A stretch of DNA of 51,846 nt from Actinomycetota bacterium (GTDB lineage: Bacteria; Actinomycetota; Actinomycetes; S36-B12): contig JBEAQC010000016.1 of the NCBI GenBank assembly GCA_041164085.1, forward strand, positions 1 through 51,846, given 5' to 3'. Position 1 is the stretch's first letter. Each line of letters starts with the position of its first letter. Shown here piece after piece: positions 8,359 to 16,533 of the stretch. The notes beneath the pieces are model-generated. The model worked only from the letters and a program-made list of their open reading frames with translations. It was not told the origin of the DNA and ran no database searches. The position numbers and the translations under genes are program-made.

Positions 8359-9453
8359 ATGGGGCGTGGGCAGATCATTGCCGTCCTGGCCGGCGTGGCC
8401 GTTGCATCCGCGCTGCTCCTGGGCTTCCTCGGTGGGGCGCTCGGCCTGAGTGCGGCATCACTGCGCGACCGCTCGGCCTCACCACAGGTGTCCTCCGCTG
8501 AGAAGGCGTCGCCTGGTCCGGAGGCAGGCACGGAGTCAGCGACCGGATCAGGTGAGCCGACCGTCGCCGATGTCGTGCGTGCCGCACTGCCCTCGGTGGT
8601 CTCGGTGGGGGTCGATGCCGGCTTCGAGTCGGGGTCGGGTTCGGGCTTTGCCCTGACCCCCGAGTACGTGGTCACGAACAATCACGTGATCGATGCTGCC
8701 CTGGTCAATGACGGCCGCATCGAGATCATTCGCAGTGACGGAAGCCGTGTGCCGGCGGAGATCGTGGGTCGCAACGTGAGCTACGACGTCGCCGTTCTCC
8801 GCGTCGAGACCGACGGGCTGGTGCCGCTGGAGCCCCAGTCGGACGAGGTGGCCGTCGGCGACTCGGTCGTCGTCATCGGGGCGCCGCTCGGGTACGACTT
8901 CACGGTCACCACGGGCATCGTGAGCGCCGTCGATCGACCCGTGACCGTGGGCGAGGCCGAGGATGCGTCCTACATCAGTGCCATCCAGACCGATGCTCCG
9001 ATCAATCCAGGGAACTCAGGCGGCCCCGTTGTCGATAGCGATGGTCGATTCATCGGGATGGCGTCGTCGATCGCGACGCTGGGGCGTGGCGCGGTCGCGG
9101 GCAGCATCGGGCTCGGCTTCGCCGTCCCGGCTCGTGCGGTCGTGCGCATCGCGGAGGAGATCATCGCGACTGGGTCGTCGAGGACGCCGGTGATCGGAGT
9201 GACGCTCGATCCGTCATTCCCCGGCCCCGGGGCTCTCATCGACACGGTTACTCCCGATGGAGGCGCGGCAGCAGCGGGGCTGCGTGCTGGCGACGTGATT
9301 CTTCGTGTCGGGGAGCGCACGGTGGCCAACGCGGACGAACTGGTCGTGGCTATCCGGGATCGCCTCCCCGGCGAGGATGTCCGCGTCGAGGCCCGCCGAG
9401 GCGATCGCACCTTCGAGGTCGTGGTCGTCCTGGGCAGTCGAGAGGACCGATGA
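8359..9453 (+). CDS. htrA: HtrA/DegP-family S1C serine protease with N-terminal TM anchor and C-terminal PDZ domain
   Basis: ATG at 8359. TM helix IIAVLAGVAVASALLLGFLGG. Catalytic elements VVTNNHVI (His), YDVAVLRV (Asp), TDAPINPGNSGGPVV (Ser). PDZ-like GALIDTVTPDGGAAAAGLRAGDVILRVG. Confidence 0.9.
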   Translation: MGRGQIIAVLAGVAVASALLLGFLGGALGLSAASLRDRSASPQVSSAEKASPGPEAGTESATGSGEPTVADVVRAALPSVVSVGVDAGFESGSGSGFALTPEYVVTNNHVIDAALVNDGRIEIIRSDGSRVPAEIVGRNVSYDVAVLRVETDGLVPLEPQSDEVAVGDSVVVIGAPLGYDFTVTTGIVSAVDRPVTVGEAEDASYISAIQTDAPINPGNSGGPVVDSDGRFIGMASSIATLGRGAVAGSIGLGFAVPARAVVRIAEEIIATGSSRTPVIGVTLDPSFPGPGALIDTVTPDGGAAAAGLRAGDVILRVGERTVANADELVVAIRDRLPGEDVRVEARRGDRTFEVVVVLGSREDR

Positions 9454-9498
9454 CCAAGCGGTGAGCCGTCCCGGGGGATATCGGCGTACGCTGAGGGC

Positions 9499-9831
9499 GT
9501 GTTCGACATCGGCCTGGGAGAGATCCTCATCCTCGGCGTGCTCGGGCTGCTGGTCTTCGGCCCCGAGCGCCTCCCGCGAGCTGCTGCGGATGCGGCACGC
9601 ACGTTGCGCAATGTGCGCGCCATGGCCACCAATGCGCGGAAGGATCTCGCAGACTCCGCGGGTGTCGATCTGAGCGGCGCCCAGGAGGCCCTCCGTGATC
9701 TCCAGGATCTGCATCCGAAGCGGATGGTGTCGGGCATCTTCGACGATGACGACACGTCATCGGACTCGACGCGGAGCACAGGCAAGGACCAGGCCGCGCC
9801 GTCCGCTCGCTTCGATCCGGACGCGACCTAG
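9499..9831 (+). CDS. tatB: Sec-independent protein translocase subunit TatB
   Basis: GTG start. MFDIGLGEILILGVLGLLVFGPERLP is the TatA/B N-terminus. Length, amphipathic helix and position after htrA fit TatB (Rv1224). Confidence 0.85.
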   Translation: MFDIGLGEILILGVLGLLVFGPERLPRAAADAARTLRNVRAMATNARKDLADSAGVDLSGAQEALRDLQDLHPKRMVSGIFDDDDTSSDSTRSTGKDQAAPSARFDPDAT

Positions 9832-9838
9832 ACGCCCG

Positions 9839-10978
9839 TCAGCGCCCGGCGGGGGAGATATCGAGGGGTACGCCGGTGAGCCCGCGCGGCTTGCGCGCCA
9901 GCGACGTCGCGACCTCGATCAATGCCGCCGCGGCTGGTGACGAGGGATCGGAGAGCACGAGCGGCTCACCGCGGTCGCCGCCTTCGCGCAGGCGCACGTC
10001 GAAGGGAATGCGTCCCATTAGGGGCACCTGGGTGCTCAGCCCGGCGCTGAGCTGGTCGGCCACGCGCTGACCGCCGCCCATGCCGAAGAGATCAATGGGC
10101 TCACCGCAGTGCGGGCACGGGAAGCCGCTCATGTTCTCGACAACACCGGCGACCTTCTGATGGGTCTGTCCGGCCAGCATTCCCGCTCGGACGGCGACCT
10201 CGGCGGCCGCCGTTTGCGGTGTCGTGACGACGATGACCTGGGATCCCGGCAGCAGTTGGGCCGTGGAGATCGCGATGTCACCCGTGCCCGGCGGCAGATC
10301 CAGGAGGAGAACGTCGAGGTCGCCCCACCAGACGTCGGCGAGGAACTGCTGGAGGGCGCGGTGCAGCATCGGACCGCGGAACGCCACGGGTTCGGCGGAC
10401 CCACCGGGCTTGAACGGCAGGATCGAGATGGCGCGGACGCCGAAGGCCTCGGGGGGCATGATCATCCCCTCGACCACGGTCGGAGCCGTCGTGAGTCCGA
10501 GCAGCCCGGGGATCGAGTGACCGTAGATGTCGGCGTCGACGATCCCGACGGTGAATCCTTGCGCGGCCATCGCCACGCCGAGGTTGGCCGTCAGCGACGA
10601 CTTGCCGACGCCTCCCTTGCCCGACGTGATGGCGTAGACATGGGTCCGTGAGCCCGGGTCGGCGAAGGGGATGGACTTCTCCTCCTGGCCGCCCCGGAGG
10701 GTGCGACGCAGTTGAGCACGCTGATCGTCGTTCATCACGTCCAGCTCGACGTCCACGTGGCGGACGCCCGGGACAGAGCCCACCGCGATCGTCACCCGTT
10801 GGGTGATCGTGTCGCGCATGGGGCAGCCGGAGACGGTGAGATAGATCGCGACCCGCACCCGATCGCCGTCGATATCGACGGACTTGACCATTCCCAGGTC
10901 GGTGATGGGCCGGTGAATCTCGGGGTCCTCGACCCGCGCGAGGGCAGCGTCGACCAGGGCACGATCAATGGAGGTCAT
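9839..10978 (-). CDS. mrp: Mrp/ApbC/NBP35-family Fe-S cluster carrier ATPase
   Basis: N-terminal DUF59-like region (VEDPEIHRPITDLGMVKSV...VSGCPM), deviant Walker A ITSGKGGVGKSSLTANL, and the CPHCGE Cys pair. Confidence 0.9.
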   Translation of the reverse strand: MTSIDRALVDAALARVEDPEIHRPITDLGMVKSVDIDGDRVRVAIYLTVSGCPMRDTITQRVTIAVGSVPGVRHVDVELDVMNDDQRAQLRRTLRGGQEEKSIPFADPGSRTHVYAITSGKGGVGKSSLTANLGVAMAAQGFTVGIVDADIYGHSIPGLLGLTTAPTVVEGMIMPPEAFGVRAISILPFKPGGSAEPVAFRGPMLHRALQQFLADVWWGDLDVLLLDLPPGTGDIAISTAQLLPGSQVIVVTTPQTAAAEVAVRAGMLAGQTHQKVAGVVENMSGFPCPHCGEPIDLFGMGGGQRVADQLSAGLSTQVPLMGRIPFDVRLREGGDRGEPLVLSDPSSPAAAALIEVATSLARKPRGLTGVPLDISPAGR

Positions 10979-11511
10979 GCCCCGATGCTAGGCCCCGCCT
11001 CCGGGTCGCGCGAAACGTCCTCATCTCGAATGCGATCGGCGATCTCGTCGGCAAGGTCGCGCAGCTCCGCGCGCAGGTAGTCGCGTGTGGCCACTTCGCC
11101 GAGCGCCATGCGCAGTGCTGCGATCTCTCGGGCGAGGTATTCGGTGTCAGCGACGAGTCGATCCGTCATCTCGCGGTCCTCGAGGTACTGCACCTTGTCC
11201 CGATCGGCCTGACGGTTCTGGGCGAGCAGGATCAGTGGAGCGGCGTAGGACGCCTGGAGGGACAGCAGCAGAGTGAGGAAGATGAAGGGATAGGGATCGG
11301 GCTTGAGGTCATCCGGCGCGAAGATGTTCCACAGCAGCCAGGAGACGATGACCACCGTCATCCAGGCGATGAACTTCCACGATCCGATGAAGCGCGCGAT
11401 GCGCTCGCTCAGGCGGCCCCACTGCTCGGGGTCGTACGACGGCCCGCGCAGCCGGCCCCGATCAAGGGGCTGGTCCATGCGCAGTTCGGGGCGCCGGCGC
11501 GAGGGGCTCAT
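10975..11511 (-). CDS. DUF1003 membrane protein (Rv1231c-like)
   Basis: Two TM helices, then the FIFLTLLLSLQASYAAPLILLAQNRQADRD motif. ATGA overlaps at both ends (10975-10978 and 11508-11511). Confidence 0.8.
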   Translation of the reverse strand: MSPSRRRPELRMDQPLDRGRLRGPSYDPEQWGRLSERIARFIGSWKFIAWMTVVIVSWLLWNIFAPDDLKPDPYPFIFLTLLLSLQASYAAPLILLAQNRQADRDKVQYLEDREMTDRLVADTEYLAREIAALRMALGEVATRDYLRAELRDLADEIADRIRDEDVSRDPEAGPSIGA

Positions 11512-12767
11512 GAGCCGTTCCCGCTGTCGCGCCAGTCGGCGGGGAGCATGTGGTCGATGAGGTCGTCAACGGTGACCGCGCCGAGCAGGTGGTCGTCGGC
11601 GTCGACGACCGGCAGGGAGACGAGGTTGTACGTCGCGAAGTATCGGGCGACGGTCGGCACATCGGTGTCGGGGGATATCGGCTCGAGCGTCGTGTCGAGA
11701 ATGCCCGACACCAGGGCCGCGGGAGGCTCCCGCAGCATGCGCTGGAAGTGGCACGTGCCGAGGTAGCGGCCCGTCGGGGTGTCCGTGGGGGCGCGCGTGA
11801 CGTAGACCTGCGCCGCCAGCGACGGTGCGAGTTCGGGGCTTCGCACTCGGGCGAGGGCCTCGGCCACGGTGGCATCGGCGGGAACGACGACGGGCTCGGT
11901 CGTCATCATGCCGCCGGCGGTGTAATCGCCGTAGACGAGCAGGCGCCTAATGTCATCCGCCTCGTCCGGCTCCATGCGCTCGAGCAGGTCCTGGGCCTGC
12001 TCCGGCGGAAGTTCGGAAATGAGGTCGGCGGCATCATCGGGATCCATCTCCTCGAGCACGTCCGCCGCACGCTCGATGCCGAGCGACTGCATGATCTCGA
12101 CCTGATCGTCCTCGGGGAGCTCCTCGAGGACATCGGCGAGACGATCGTCATCGAGTTCGCGAGCCACCTCGATGCGTCGCTTAGCCGGCATCTCCTGCAG
12201 CGCCAGCGCGACATCGGGCGGGCGAAGGTCATCGAGCATGGCGAGGAGGTTCTCCGCTCCCTGCTCCTGGGGGAGGGTGAGGCCGTCCACGGCTGCCCAG
12301 TCGACGATGCGGGTCTGGCCCTTGCGGCGCAGACCTCCGCCCTCGCGAATGAAGAGTTGTGTCACGTGCCAGTCGCGGTTCGGGCGCTGCTCGATGCCGA
12401 GATCGACGATCGTCACTGTTGTGGGCGTCGATGAGCGGGCGGGATCGACGAGGGTCACGCGCCTGTCCAGTAGTTCACCGAGCGCGAGCGTCTCGCCCGC
12501 CCGCTGCTGGAACCTGCGAAGGTTGACGACCCCGCTCACGACCACCTGACCGCTGTCGATTGCGGTGACGCGGGACATCGGGACGAAGATCCGGCGCCGA
12601 CCGACGACCTCGACGACCAGCCCCACCACGCGGGGAGGCTGCGCGTCGGTTCGCAGGGCGACCACGACGTCGCGAACCCGGCCGACCTGGTCGGCCTTGG
12701 GGTCGAAGACTTCGGCCCGCGCGAGGCGAGCGACGAAGACGCGGCTGGGGGAGGTCACGCGGCCCAA
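11508..12767 (-). CDS. PRC-barrel / MgtE-N / CBS-pair domain protein without transporter TM domain (Rv1232c-like)
   Basis: The acidic MgtE-N-like region (LEELPEDDQVEIMQSLGIERAADVLEEMDPDDAADLISELPPEQAQDLLERMEPDEADDIRRLL) is followed by CBS-like repeats. No TM segments. Confidence 0.8.
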   Translation of the reverse strand: MGRVTSPSRVFVARLARAEVFDPKADQVGRVRDVVVALRTDAQPPRVVGLVVEVVGRRRIFVPMSRVTAIDSGQVVVSGVVNLRRFQQRAGETLALGELLDRRVTLVDPARSSTPTTVTIVDLGIEQRPNRDWHVTQLFIREGGGLRRKGQTRIVDWAAVDGLTLPQEQGAENLLAMLDDLRPPDVALALQEMPAKRRIEVARELDDDRLADVLEELPEDDQVEIMQSLGIERAADVLEEMDPDDAADLISELPPEQAQDLLERMEPDEADDIRRLLVYGDYTAGGMMTTEPVVVPADATVAEALARVRSPELAPSLAAQVYVTRAPTDTPTGRYLGTCHFQRMLREPPAALVSGILDTTLEPISPDTDVPTVARYFATYNLVSLPVVDADDHLLGAVTVDDLIDHMLPADWRDSGNGS

Positions 12768-12858
12768 GGGTACTCCGGCTGAGCACTGCTCCCGACCGTG
12801 CGGCTACGAGGGCCGGACACGGCTGGGCGGGTACGGCGAGCGTCGGTAGGGTCGGCCC

Positions 12859-13857
12859 ATGACATCGGCATCCTTGACCTCTGGCGGTGCGGCTGGCTCG
12901 ACCCGGGTCGCCCGATCACGCAGGTCCAATCTCGCCGTGCCCGGTTCCAGCCCGAAGATGCTCGACAAGGCGCGCGGCCTGCCGGTCGACCAGGTCTTCA
13001 TGGACATCGAGGACGCCGTCGCGCCGATCGCCAAACCCGAGGCCCGCAAGAACATCGTCGCCGCCCTCAATGAGGGAGGCTACGACGGCAAGGTCCGCGC
13101 CGTGCGGGTCAACGACTGGACGACCCAGTGGACCTACGCCGACGTGGTGGAGGTCGTCGAGGGTGCCGGCCCCAATCTCGACTGCATCATGCTGCCCAAG
13201 GTCCAGACGGCCGAGCAGATCGTGGCGCTGGACCTCCTGCTCACTCAGATCGAGAAGTCCAATGGCTTCGAGATCGGTCGCATCGGCATCGAGGCGCAGA
13301 TCGAGAACGCCATGGGACTGATCAACGTCGATGCGATCGCCGCGGCCTCGCCACGCGTCGAGACGATCATCTTCGGACCCGCTGACTTCATGGCCTCCAT
13401 CAACATGAAGTCGCTGGTCGTCGGGGAGCAGCCGCCGGGATACGACGTCGGGGATGCGTACCACTACATCCTGATGCGCATCCTCATGGCGGCCCGAGCT
13501 CATGACAAGCTTGCCATCGACGGGCCCTATTTGGCGATCAAGGATGTCGAGGGATATCGGCGTGTGGCTTCGCGCAGTGCCGCGCTCGGCTTCGATGGCA
13601 AGTGGGTGCTGCATCCCGGCCAGGTCGACGTCGCTAACGAGGTGTACAGCCCGCGGCAGGAGGACTACGACCAGGCGGAGCTGATTCTCGATGCCTACGC
13701 CTACTACACGTCTGCCGAAGGCGGAGCCAAGGGGGCGGTCATGCTCGGCGACGAGATGATCGACGAGGCGTCGCGCAAGATGGCGACCGTGATCGCAGCC
13801 AAGGGCAGGGCAGCGGGGATGTCCCGCACGCAGTCCTTCACTGCTCCCGATGCCTAG
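12859..13857 (+). CDS. HpcH/HpaI aldolase - citrate lyase beta (CitE)-like CoA-ester lyase
   Basis: RSNLAVPGSSPKMLDKA...VFMDIEDAVAP..K..AR, RVN, IMLPKV, ETIIFGPADF and GFDGKWVLHPGQV are typical of CitE / malyl-CoA lyase-type enzymes. Confidence 0.85.
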   Translation: MTSASLTSGGAAGSTRVARSRRSNLAVPGSSPKMLDKARGLPVDQVFMDIEDAVAPIAKPEARKNIVAALNEGGYDGKVRAVRVNDWTTQWTYADVVEVVEGAGPNLDCIMLPKVQTAEQIVALDLLLTQIEKSNGFEIGRIGIEAQIENAMGLINVDAIAAASPRVETIIFGPADFMASINMKSLVVGEQPPGYDVGDAYHYILMRILMAARAHDKLAIDGPYLAIKDVEGYRRVASRSAALGFDGKWVLHPGQVDVANEVYSPRQEDYDQAELILDAYAYYTSAEGGAKGAVMLGDEMIDEASRKMATVIAAKGRAAGMSRTQSFTAPDA

Positions 13858-13863
13858 GACGGC

Positions 13864-14529
13864 ATGGGCGACTACCCTGGCGCCATGGGCGCGTCGCCAT
13901 CGCTGACGAAGTCGACTGCCGCGCGCCTTCTCGGTGTCGCGCCGGATGCGGCCGCGGTCGAGGTCAAGCGAGCGTTCCGGCTCTGGGCAACCTTGGCGCA
14001 CCCCGATCAGGGCGGCTCCGCCGCTCGCTTCGCCGAACTCTGTGCCGCACGCGATCTGCTGCTCGAGGTGACGCCCGCGCCGCAGGCGCCAGCCCGGTCG
14101 CGGACGCCGCAACCATCGCACGAGCCAGCGCAGCCGCGACCACGCCGGCCGTGGCGCGACGTACTCGTCCGACCCACTCCCCTTGTGGCGGCGCTGCTGG
14201 GATTCACGGCGATCGTGGGCGTGGCGATGATCCTGGTCGCGGGGTCGGTCGCCGGGCCGCTCGCCGTCGCCCCGGCCGGTGTCGCGTCGGCCCTGTGGTG
14301 CGTCGCGGTTTCGCGCGCGATCCTGCGGCGTGCCGATCACGGTCACGTCATCGTGGCGCGGACCGCGGCGTGGACCTGCGTCACGGCGGCCCAGCTCCTC
14401 ACGGCCGTCCTGCTGGGCCTGGCCGTCATCGAGGTGCTGCCCGTGCTCGTCCTGCCCTTCGTCGTAGCGATTGCCCTGGTCAATCCGGCCGCAGGCCTGC
14501 GGCGGGCGCCAGGCGTTAACGTGCGTTAG
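13864..14529 (+). CDS. J-domain (DnaJ-like, HPD motif) membrane protein
   Basis: AARLLGVAPDAAAVEVKRAFRLWATLAHPDQGGSAARFAELCAARDLLL is a J domain with an intact HPD. A Pro/Arg linker and 3-4 predicted TM helices follow. The ATG at 13885 is an alternative start. Confidence 0.7.
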   Translation: MGDYPGAMGASPSLTKSTAARLLGVAPDAAAVEVKRAFRLWATLAHPDQGGSAARFAELCAARDLLLEVTPAPQAPARSRTPQPSHEPAQPRPRRPWRDVLVRPTPLVAALLGFTAIVGVAMILVAGSVAGPLAVAPAGVASALWCVAVSRAILRRADHGHVIVARTAAWTCVTAAQLLTAVLLGLAVIEVLPVLVLPFVVAIALVNPAAGLRRAPGVNVR

Positions 14530-14558
14530 CCTGACCGCTCAGCGGTGGGACGGGAGGA

Positions 14559-15767
14559 ATGATGACGCGACTGGCGCAGACCGAGGGTCTCTCGGACGTC
14601 CAGGTGGAGATCCTCAAGGCGGTGCGGGATTACGTCGACAACGAGATCCTGCCGTACGCCACTCACCTCGAGCACAAGGACGAGTACCCCGCCGACATCG
14701 TCGAAGGCCTGAAGGATCTCGGTGTCTTCGGCCTGATGATTCCCGAGGAGTACGGCGGACTCGGCGAGTCTCTTCTCACCTATGCGCTCGTGGTCGAGGA
14801 GATCGCGCGCGGATGGATGAGCGTCTCGGGTGTGATCAACACCCACTTCATCGTCGCGTGGATGATCATGCATCACGGCACGGACGAGCAGAAGGCCTAC
14901 TACCTCCCGCGCATGGCGACCGGTGAGGTCCGCGGGGCCTTCTCGATGAGCGAGCCCGGCTGCGGCTCGGACGTGGCCGCGATTGCGTCGCGCGCCGTCC
15001 GCGACGGGGACGATTTCGTCCTCAACGGGCAGAAGATGTGGCTGACCAACGGCGGCAGTTCCACGCTGGTCGCCGTCCTCGTGCGCACTGATGGCGAGGC
15101 CCCCGAGGGGGCGTCCGTCTACAAGCGCATGACGACCTTCCTGATCGAGAAGCCGTCGGGCTTCGGCGAGGTACGTCCCGGGCTCACGATCCCGGGGAAG
15201 ATCGAGAAGATGGGATACAAGGGCGTCGACACCACCGAGTTGGTCATGGAGGATCTGCGCCTTCCCGCGACGGACATCCTGGGCGGCGAGCCCGGTCGAG
15301 GTTTCTACCAGATGATGGATGGCGTCGAGGTGGGTCGCGTCAACGTCGCCGCTCGGGCGTGTGGCCTCGCACGTCGGGCCTTCGAACTCGGTGTCGAGTA
15401 CGCCCAGCAGCGGGTGACCTTCGGCAAGCCGATCGCGGAGCACCAGGCCGTGGCCTTCCGTCTGGCCGACATGGGCACCAAGGTTGAGGCAGCCCACCAG
15501 ATGATGGTGATGGCGGCACGTAAGAAGGACTCGGGGGAGCGCAACGACCTCGAGTCGGGCATGGCCAAACTGCTGGCCAGCGAATACTGCAAAGAGGTCG
15601 TTGAGGACTCGTTCCGCATCCACGGCGGCTACGGCTACTCCAAGGAGTACGAGATCGAGCGGCTCTACCGCGAAGCGCCCATGCTCATGATCGGCGAGGG
15701 CACCGCGGACATCCAGAAGATGATCATCGCTAGGCGACTGCTGGAGGAGTACGCCTCACGCGGCTGA
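14559..15767 (+). CDS. Acyl-CoA dehydrogenase
   Basis: GLMIPEEYGG, GAFSMSEPGCGSDVAAI, LNGQKMWLTNG, QRVTFGKPI..HQAV.F.LADM, HGGYGYSKEYEIERLYREA. Confidence 0.9.
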   Translation: MMTRLAQTEGLSDVQVEILKAVRDYVDNEILPYATHLEHKDEYPADIVEGLKDLGVFGLMIPEEYGGLGESLLTYALVVEEIARGWMSVSGVINTHFIVAWMIMHHGTDEQKAYYLPRMATGEVRGAFSMSEPGCGSDVAAIASRAVRDGDDFVLNGQKMWLTNGGSSTLVAVLVRTDGEAPEGASVYKRMTTFLIEKPSGFGEVRPGLTIPGKIEKMGYKGVDTTELVMEDLRLPATDILGGEPGRGFYQMMDGVEVGRVNVAARACGLARRAFELGVEYAQQRVTFGKPIAEHQAVAFRLADMGTKVEAAHQMMVMAARKKDSGERNDLESGMAKLLASEYCKEVVEDSFRIHGGYGYSKEYEIERLYREAPMLMIGEGTADIQKMIIARRLLEEYASRG

Positions 15768-16469
15768 CGTGCGCTGACTCATGCGCCTGATCAGCCAGTC
15801 GATGCCCCACAGGATGAGGCACAGCACGATGGCGAAGATGACGATGTTGACGACGTTGAGCAAGACGGTGCCGTAGCCGTACGTCGCGACGTCGAGGAAG
15901 CCGTAGGGGTAGGCGCCGATGATGGCCCCCCGGATGAGGGCGAAGACGAGCCAGACAATGGGCAGGATGAGCGCCGCGCCGATGATGCGCCAGGAGATCC
16001 ACCCCCGAGGGCCCGCGATCAGCCAGACCACGAAGGTGACGATCGGGGTGAGCACGTGGAGGAAGAAGTTGGTCCAGATCTCCAGGCCCTGGTTCTTCGC
16101 CGTGGACGCCAGGACGACGTTGTAGATGATCCCCGTAACGACGATCATCAGCACGCTGTCCAGTCGGAAGACCCTGAACCAGAAACTGTCGCGACCGGGA
16201 CGAGCCCAGAGCATCAGCATGATGATCGCGACCAGGATGTTGGACCACAGCGTGAAGTAGGTGAAATAGTCGAAGACCCGTCCGAGCAGGCCCTGGTCGG
16301 CAAATCCGAGGGCAGTCGGGTTGGTGTTCTGGCTCGGGTACGTGCCGAGGACGGTGAGTGTCAGGGAGAAGAGAGCGCCGAAGGCAGCGATGATTCCGTT
16401 GATGCCGAAGAGGGAGCGCTGCCACGTCATCGCCGACCTCGCACCCTGGCCCGTCGCTGTCTGACCCAT
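15756..16469 (-). CDS. Integral membrane protein, about 6 TM (Pr6Pr-family-like)
   Basis: Hydrophobic 6-TM profile with FDYFTYFTLWSNILVAI. Its 3' end overlaps the convergent acyl-CoA dehydrogenase by 12 nt. The ATG at 16430 is an alternative start. Confidence 0.65.
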   Translation of the reverse strand: MGQTATGQGARSAMTWQRSLFGINGIIAAFGALFSLTLTVLGTYPSQNTNPTALGFADQGLLGRVFDYFTYFTLWSNILVAIIMLMLWARPGRDSFWFRVFRLDSVLMIVVTGIIYNVVLASTAKNQGLEIWTNFFLHVLTPIVTFVVWLIAGPRGWISWRIIGAALILPIVWLVFALIRGAIIGAYPYGFLDVATYGYGTVLLNVVNIVIFAIVLCLILWGIDWLIRRMSQRTSAA

Positions 16470-16533
16470 GGACTGTGAGGCTACGCGCTGAGCGTCCTCC
16501 AGGTGGGCAATTCGGTGGGCCTAGCCTGAGCGC

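Noticed and set aside
12916-14346. 476-aa minus-strand ORF. Similar long antisense ORFs occur at 14526-15623, 15730-16998, 17149-18201, 18302-19417, 22360-23844, 24266-25318, 25381-26994, 29548-30453, 31849-32940, 33276-35117, 35412-36494, 36080-37069 and 49609-50640.
   Set aside because: Each lies antisense to, or out of frame with, a gene that has clear family motifs. Their translations are Arg/Gly/Asp/His/Pro-rich low-complexity strings typical of shadow frames in ~70% GC DNA, and none shows a recognisable domain.
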